Notes under the pieces: generated by a model | The model's input: only the letters and a program-made list of their open reading frames with translations | What the model was told of the DNA's origin: nothing | Database searches by the model: none | Part shown: piece by piece, positions 37,572 to 44,660 of the stretch | How the letters are laid out: every line of letters starts with the position of its first letter | Position numbering within the stretch: the first letter of the stretch is position 1 | NCBI RefSeq assembly: GCF_001194135.2 | Contig: NC_068983.1 | Location: 106,676,683-106,721,342, forward strand | Length of the DNA: 44,660 nt | Origin: Octopus bimaculoides | Taxonomy: Eukaryota | Direction of reading: 5' to 3' | Translations under genes and position numbers: made by a program

Positions 37572-38056
37572 ATATATATATATATATTATATATATATAT
37601 AGTTATAATTATTGATGATTCTTAAATATTGTTATATCGAAACATATATATGTATGTAGAATATTTTGGGGATATTTTTGGGTTATTTTGTTGGTCGAGG
37701 CGGTTCCTTTTATACTCTTATAGACATGTCTTTCCATCTTTTAATTTGAATTACTTTTCCAATTGTAATACAAATAAAACAAACCAAGCATCTTTTTTTG
37801 GTAAACTTAACTATTAAAATGAAATGTCAGAGTTATTTTCATTTTTGTGTAATTTAGACAGCAGTTTATAAATTCACCCTGTATATGCATACACAATAGA
37901 CTTCTTTCAGTTTCTGTCCATTACATTCACTCACAAAGTTTTGGTTGGCCCAACGTTTTAGTAGAAAAACTTGTCCAAGATGTCACATAATGGGACTGAC
38001 TCCAGAATGATGAGGTTGGGCAGTGAATTTCTTAACCACAAAGCCATATCTGCATA

Positions 38057-38091
<35 letters not shown>

Positions 38092-38128
38092 TATATACAT
38101 ATATATATACACACACACACACACACAT

Positions 38129-38186
<58 letters not shown>

Positions 38187-38189
38187 GCC

Positions 38190-38476
38190 AGGTCGTTGCC
38201 AGTGCTGCTGGACTGGCTCCCATGCAGGTGGCATGTAAAAAACACTTTTTTGAGTGTGGCCGTGGCCAGTACCATGTGACTGGCCCTCGTGTCGGTGGCA
38301 CGTAAAAGCACCCACTACACTCTCGGAGTGGTTGGCATTAGGAAGGGCATCCAGCTGTAGAAATTCTGCCAGATCAGATTGGAGCCTGGTGCAGCCTTCT
38401 GGCTTGCCAGTCCTCAGTCAAATCGTCCAACCCAAGCTAGCATGGAAAGTGGACGTTAAACGATGACGATGATGAT
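38190..38476 (+). mobile_element. Family D (RTE-tail) element with two ~60-nt internal repeats and (GAT)n tail
   Basis: ggtcgttgccagtgctgctggactggctcc...actggccctcgtgtcggtggcacgtaaaagcaccc...aggaagggcatccagctgtagaaa...gacgttaaacgatgacgatgatgat. Confidence 0.9.
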
Positions 38477-39474
38477 GTACATATCCATGTATGCATGTGT
38501 ATGTATATTACATATGCATATGTTTGCATGTATGTATGTATGTATATATGTATGTATGTATGTATGCATGTATGTATGTATGTATGTATGTATGTATATA
38601 TATGTGTATGTATGTATGCATGACTGCATGCATACTTACTTATATGCATTTTACTAAGAGGAAAGGAAAGCATTGTAATAATTTATTGTAATGCTGAGAA
38701 TGCTCTTTGTTACTACTCCAACATTCGTGATTATCCTTGTTAATCATATAACTCAAAACACACATACTTGTCACACACACACATAAGCATACAGAAAAGT
38801 TGATGGACAAACCCACATTTATATTTGTCTGTCTGTATGAATGTCTGTGTGTGTACATGCACATGCATACGTGCAAGTGCACACACACACATATAATGTA
38901 TGTACTATCTGTATCCTCCACGATGACTGTTTAAATATAAGCATGTATTCTTTGACATTGAATCCTCGATTAGACACCAGCAAATTAAATTTAGTAAGCA
39001 ACGCAAATAAAAAGAAGGAACTGAAACAAAGGTTGCAGACCTCAGCTCATCCGGAGAATAACAACAATAATTGAAGCTGGCAGAGGATTGAAAATTTGAT
39101 ATTTAAAGGATTAGCAGCAGTAGTTGAGGCAACAGCAAATTTCATATCACTGTTCATCTGTATAAACTTGATATACAAATATCAGTGGTAGTAGTAGTAA
39201 TTGCAACACAAGTTTTCCTGACATATGGTAACTCTGTAATATTTAAGATTATGATAACAATAGCTAGCTACTGTTATAAATCATGTAGAGTTATTCCTAT
39301 AAATACTACAGCATTGAGTCTTATTTATTAATATTGCGACAATATTATCACAGTTACAACATATTCTGGATCATTTTATATATAGTGTGACAGCATTATT
39401 ACTGTTAGACATATTCTGAAATATCAAATATTTATAAATATTATTATGACATTGTCAGTGTAATACATTATAGC

Positions 39475-39869
39475 CTGTGGCTGTGTGGTAAGCAGCTGGC
39501 TTCCCAACCACATGGTTTCAGGTTCAGTCCTACTGTGTGGCACCTTGGGCAAGTGTCTTCTACTCTAGCCCTGAGCCAACCGAACCCTTATGAGTGGCTT
39601 TGGTAGGCAGAAACTGAAAGGCGGTGAACTGGCAGAAACATTAGCATGCAGGGCGAAATGCTTAGCTGTATTTTGTCTGCCATTACGCTCTGAGTTCAAA
39701 TTCTGCCAAGGTCGACTTTGCCTTTCATCCTTTCGGGGTCGATTAGATTAGTACCAGTTACGCACTGAGGGTCGATATAATTGACTTAATCTCTTTGTCT
39801 GTCCTTGTTTGTCCCCTCTATGTTTAGCCCCTTGTGGGCAATAAAGAAATAAGAAACTGAAAGAACCCA

Positions 39870-39907
<38 letters not shown>

Positions 39908-40112
39908 AAGTGTATGTGTTTGTCTCCCACCACCACTTGACAACTGGTGTTGGTGTCTTTACGTCCCCATAACTTAGCAATTTAACCAAGGATATCAATA
40001 GAATAACCAGGCTTTTAAAAAAAGTACTGTGGTCAACTCATTCTACTAAAATTCTTCAAAGGTGGTGCCCCAGCATGGCCACAATCTAATGACTGAAACA
40101 AGTAACAGAATG
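39475..40112 (+). mobile_element. SINE family A interrupted by a family C insertion
   Basis: Head ends at agaaactgaaag (39620) and resumes at 39852. Confidence 0.88.
39621..39851 (+). mobile_element. SINE family C, full length, with 12-bp TSD
   Basis: agaaactgaaag at 39609-39620 and 39852-39863; B-box-like gagttcaaattc; A-rich tail. Confidence 0.92.
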
Positions 40113-40118
40113 AAAGAA

Positions 40119-40147
<29 letters not shown>

Positions 40148-40149
<2 letters not shown>

Positions 40150-40318
40150 AAAATTGGAATGANNNNNNNNNNNNNNNNNNNNNNNNNNNNNNNNNNNNNN
40201 NNNNNNNNNNNNNNNNNNNNNNNNNNNNNNNNNNNNNNNNNNNNNNNNNNNNNNNNNNNAGATTAGCATGGTCCCTGCAAAAGGATGACACACAAATTTG
40301 TGAAGCGTTCCATATTTT
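40148..40318 (+). pseudogene. U6: U6 snRNA retrocopy, split by an N-gap
   Basis: 40260-40318 AGATTAGCATGGTCCCTGCAAAAGGATGACACACAAATTTGTGAAGCGTTCCATATTTT differs from canonical metazoan U6 at 5 of 59 positions (three at CpGs); 40148-40162 CTAAAATTGGAATGA matches the upstream U6 segment at 14/15. The first ~24 nt of U6 are absent and no promoter is visible. Confidence 0.93.
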
Positions 40319-40716
40319 AACCGCCTGATTGGCCCTCGTGCCAGTGGAATGTTAAAAGCACATCCGAGCATGATTGTTGCCAGGGCCATGGATTGGCTCC
40401 TGTGCCGGTGGCATGTAAAAAGCACCGTTTGAGCGTGATCGTTGCCAGCATTGCCTTCCCAGCACATGTGAAAAACAACATTCAAGCGTGGTCGTTGTCA
40501 GTGCCGCTGGACTGGCCCTCGTGCTGGTGACACGTAAAAGCTCCCACTACACTCTCGGAGTGGTTGGCATTCAGAAGGGAATCCAGCTGCAGAAACTTTG
40601 CCAGATCAGATTGAGCCTGGTGCAGTCTTCTGGCTCACCAGTCCTTAGTGAAACTGTCCAACCCATGCCAGCACGGAAAGCGGACGTTAAATGACGATGA
40701 TGATGATAATGATGAT
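40319..40716 (+). mobile_element. 5'-truncated family D (RTE-tail) element fused to the U6 3' end
   Basis: Begins two bases after the U6 TTTT within a ~60-nt internal repeat unit; ends gacgttaaatgacgatgatgatgataatgatgat. Confidence 0.88.
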
Positions 40717-40721
40717 ATATA

Positions 40722-40875
40722 GGCGTGACTGTGTGGTAAGAAGCTTGCTTCTCAATCACATGGTTCTAGGTACAGTCCCACTGTGTGGCATATCAGGCAA
40801 GTGTCTTCTACTATAGCCTTGGGATGACCAAAGCCTTGTGAGTGGATTTGGTAGATGGAAACTGGAAGAAGCCCC
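40722..40875 (+). mobile_element. SINE family A head only
   Basis: ggcgtgactgtgtggtaagaagcttgc...ggatttggtagatggaaactggaagaagccc. Confidence 0.85.
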
Positions 40876-41136
40876 ATCCCACTATCATCTGTTCCCCAAC
40901 ATGAAAAAACTCTTAGCTGGGAATCAGTATTGCTGTGATGATGATGTCATATTTGCTGTTGATGACTTTTTTGACCAACAGAGTGGAAGCTTCTTCACCA
41001 ATGGGATCCAAGCACTGCAACACTGGTGGAAGCAATGTGTGGATCATAAGAAGGATTATGTTGAAAAATGAATGTTATTTGGTGAAATTCCATTAGTGTA
41101 TCTCAGTCAGCCTGTGAACTTTTCAGCTGCCCCTTG
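40872..41136 (+). mobile_element. Mariner transposase C-terminus plus 3' TIR
   Basis: APSHYHLFPNMKKLLAG...FFTNGIQALQHWWKQCVDHKKDYVEK* (cf. SPDLAPSDYHLF...GDYVEK); TIR gcctgtgaacttttcagctgccccttg-TA. Confidence 0.9.
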
Positions 41137-41401
41137 TAAATTCTATTGAAATCCAGATGTCACTTTATCTTGTTTTTCTTAAATCTTCATAAAACACTTT
41201 TGTTTCTTTTTCTTACTTTACAGAAAGCTCTAGATACATAAATGTGTATGTGTGTGCGTGCGTACTCACACACTCAAACGTATGACTAGCTACATGAATA
41301 TTAAATACGTATAATAACATATTTTATGTAGCTACATCAAACATAGAAATAAATTCAAGAATTTATATATACATATACATGTATACATACACATTATATA
41401 A

Positions 41402-41450
<49 letters not shown>

Positions 41451-42394
41451 NNNNNNNNNNNNNNNNNNNNNNNNNNNNNNNNNNNNNNNNNNNNNNNNNN
41501 NNNNNNNNNNNNNNNNNNNNNNNNNNNNNNNNNNNNNNNNNNNNNNNNNNNNNNNNNNNNNNNNNNNNNNNNNNNNNNNNNNNNNNNNNNNNNNNNNTGT
41601 GTGTGTGTGTGCATGTGTGTGTATGTGTGTGTGTGTGTATGTGTGTGTGTGTATGTAGATAGATAGGAGTAATGAAAATAAAAGTGGGACATGGAAATAA
41701 GTAACAGAAAAGGACAATAAAACATAAAACTCCTATCATCAGCCATAGAAACCAGAATCAATAGAATTTCAGTTCATTTAGAATCTAAAATCTTCATGGG
41801 ACTACTCCTTTAGTTGGTATTAAATATCACTGGGGTGATAGCTATTACAAAGAAAAACATCTTAGAATATAGAAGACAACAACATAAAAATGAGACAGAA
41901 AACTAAAAACTAAAACAGAAACATGTAATACAATTCAAGAAGAATGCATGCATAATGCAATCTTTTAGCTGGACACATAAAAACAACAAACTCAATGAGT
42001 TTGGAAAATAGGAAAATAGGAAAAAGAAAACTTTTGTTATAACATAAATAAACAAGAAGATAAAAAATATAAGAACCTTCATGTAAAAAAAGAGACTGAA
42101 TGAAGGAAGGGGATGTTGGAACTAGGTACAAGAAAGTTGGATAAAGGAATGTGAGAGGACAAAAGGAAAGGTAAAGGGAGAGGGGGGGGGGGAATAGCAA
42201 GTGAGAGCAAGTAAACAAGAGACACAAATCGAAAGGAAGATATAGAGAGGGGGAAATAAATTGTAAGTGACAGTGAGAACAAAAGAGAAAGATGAAGAGA
42301 AATAGAGAGAAAGGGTAGACAAGGAAGAAAAGATAGAGTTGTTACAATATGAGAAGAAAAGTATCTATAGATGAGCATCGATGGGTTCAAATTT

Positions 42395-42612
42395 TAGCAC
42401 AAGGTTTGTAATTTTTAGGGAGAGTGGGTTAGTTGATTACATTGACCCTAGTACTTGATTGGAGCATATTTCATCAACCTTGAAAGGGTTGGTGAAAGGA
42501 TGAAAGGTGAAGTTAACTATGACAGTTTTTGAACTCACAGTGTAAAGAGCCAGACGAAATGCTGCTATGTATTTTGTCCAGCATGCTAACGATTCAGCCA
42601 GCTCACCATCTT
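42395..42612 (-). mobile_element. SINE family C, diverged
   Basis: Reverse complement starts ggtgagctggctgaatcgttagcatgctggacaaaat. Confidence 0.75.
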
Positions 42613-43378
42613 GCAGATGAGCAATAATAATATGATGTGTTCACTAGAAATCTAGTAAGAAGAATTAAAATAGGACGTGGACACAAATAACAGACAAGAA
42701 CAATAAACATGAAAACCTCTCATAAACCGTGGAGACCAGAATCAGCATATGCGTGTGTGCACACATGTATTCACACACACGGACGTGCATGCGCACACAC
42801 ACACATTTTCTTCTTTTATATAAGATGGCCAAAATTCTGCCTCAGTAGGTCTACTATGCACCAACACCTATTAGCTGTAATTTCCTATATCTCAACCAAC
42901 TGTATGCAATAACTTTAACAGTTCTATTTGATGTATGTGATATCAAGTGAGAACTCTATTTAACATCTTACCATTGATCAGTACATTTCTAACTTAATTC
43001 ATCACAGTTCAGTTAACAGCACCGCAATTTCAATTCTGACTTTATAAAATTATCATTCTAAGTTTTCAACATTTCATTTAAAGCTTAAAATTATTGTTCT
43101 CTAAATAAGTGTTTTATTCTGCAGTTAACACTGTCTTGTCAACTCATTTCAATACTCAAACATCAATTCTCCACAGAATGAATCTAGTGAATGACCTTTT
43201 ATATTACAGTTTTGCTTACTTAGTGTAACATTCAAATCTCTGTAAAAGAAATTCTCCTTTATCTTTAAAATGAAGATCACATGTTTTAATTCCTAATCCT
43301 TAAAGCAATAATATCGCAATGCAGATTATAAAAATCACAGCTAAAAGTGCAGTAGAGACATTTTTAAATGTCTATATA

Positions 43379-43596
43379 CAAGGTGGTGCTGAAAAGTTCC
43401 TGGCTTTGAGGGTATTGCAAAAGTCCTGGTTGGGAGGCCCAACCTTCCAAGTTCTTTTACAGAGCTTAGAAAAATTGAAGGACTACTGCAATGAGTGTGT
43501 GAATCTGAGAATGGAATATGTTGAATAAAATCATAATTAACTATTCCTCTTGTATTTTCTTTTACCCAAAGCCAAGAACATTTCAGTACCTCCTTA
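43379..43596 (+). mobile_element. Non-autonomous mariner derivative (218 bp) with both TIRs and TA flanks
   Basis: TA-caaggtggtgctgaaaagttcctggcttt ... aaagccaagaacatttcagtacctcctta-TA; retains LEKLKDYCNECVNLRMEYVE*. Confidence 0.85.
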
Positions 43597-44019
43597 TATA
43601 AATGTTATTGGTTTAGTGGTAATTATCATAAGCTATTGCCTTGTCAGATACTTTGTTTTCAAGTTATGTACAGAACTTGGTAATATTTATTCCTCTTCTA
43701 GCCATATCTGCAAGAGAAGTTAAATTTTGCATCAGGTTGATAAAATATTTGTCTGTTTTATAGTACTGTGCTACTGTACTTCTGCATCACACAGTGGAAA
43801 GTTCAGTAGTGTATGTAACTAGTGAGAGTGGGGAAGAGGTGATCTGCCCTGAGCAATGCTTTTATGGGAGCAGTACATTTGGGTCTATCGTATATGCCTG
43901 TATAGACTTGGGGCCTGGGAGAGTATGGGTGAAGGCACAAGCTTAAGGGTTGCTCTGCACATCACACACACACACTAGCTACACCCCCAGGTGAGTTGTT
44001 CCTACCTGCTGTCATTATT

Positions 44020-44235
44020 TATGCCTAGTTTGGTATTAGGAAGGGCATCCCCATTGGCATTAGGAAAGACAACTAGCTGTAGAAACCTAGCCAAAACAGA
44101 CTATGGAACTTGGTGTGGATTCTGGTCTTGCCAGTTCCTGTCAAGCTGTTCTACCAATGCTAGCATGGAAAATGGATGTTAAATGTGGATGGTTGATGGT
44201 GAAATGATAATGATGATGATGATGATGGTGATGAT
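44020..44235 (+). mobile_element. Family D tail, diverged
   Basis: ggtattaggaagggcatcc...catggaaaatggatgttaaa...gatgatgat. Confidence 0.75.
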
Positions 44236-44454
44236 GACAAGATTAGTGATTCTTAACCTGGATGCTGATGCACCTTTGGAAGCATTGTGACCTGACAAGA
44301 GTGAAGCAAATGTCGGTGTCAAAGGATGGTAAAGTGGGTTATAGGGGTAATAGGGATTTAGCAGTAACTTAATTTTTCTTAGAAATTTTTTTAGAAAATT
44401 AGGAGTCTCTAATTTGCATATATATATACATACATACATATATGTTATATAACA

Positions 44455-44652
44455 GGGGCATGTAAAAGGTACCCACTACACTCTTGGAGTGGTTGCCATT
44501 AGAAAGGGCATCCCACCATAGAAACCAAGCCAAAAATCGGACTGGACCCTGATACAGTTCTCCGGCTTACCAGTTTCTATCAAATCATCTAACCCATGCC
44601 AGTATGGAAAATGGACACTATATGATGATGGTGATGATGATAATGATGATGA
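44455..44652 (+). mobile_element. Family D tail, diverged
   Basis: ggcatgtaaaaggtacccactacactcttggagtggttgccattagaaagggcatcc...(GAT)n. Confidence 0.8.
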
Positions 44653-44660
44653 TATATATA

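Noticed and set aside
37620-37883. Possible Tc1/mariner end (aaattcaccctg-TA)
   Set aside because: Only one TIR-like end and no transposase motif; insufficient to call.
40148-40318. Functional U6 snRNA gene
   Set aside because: 5' stem-loop missing, preceded by (TC)n rather than PSE/TATA, CpG-decay substitutions in conserved positions.
40330-40545. CRISPR-like repeat-spacer pattern from ~60-nt recurring units
   Set aside because: Internal tandem repeats of family D in a eukaryotic context; no unique spacers or cas genes.

Overview
AT-rich, microsatellite-dense eukaryotic DNA from a gapped short-read assembly. The SINE repertoire and repeat density suggest a cephalopod (octopus-like) genome; this is an inference from recalled sequences, not a database result. 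No intact gene is recognisable, and nearly all long ORFs in the track are artefacts of N-gaps and simple repeats. The window is a graveyard of transposable elements: at least four interspersed SINE or SINE-like families in many copies, three decayed Penelope-like element (PLE) relics of two distinct types, RTE, CR1/L2-like and R4/Dong-like LINE fragments, two Tc1 fragments, two DD37D (maT-type) fragments, mariner derivatives and two hAT MITEs. A few isolated exon-like segments may belong to an unidentified long-intron gene. The most notable object is a U6 snRNA retrocopy (40148-40318) whose 3' T-tract is joined directly to the 3' tail of an RTE-related element ending in (GAT)n. This is the structure of a U6/LINE chimera, and the likely partner RTE 3' end is visible elsewhere in the window (14825-15490).
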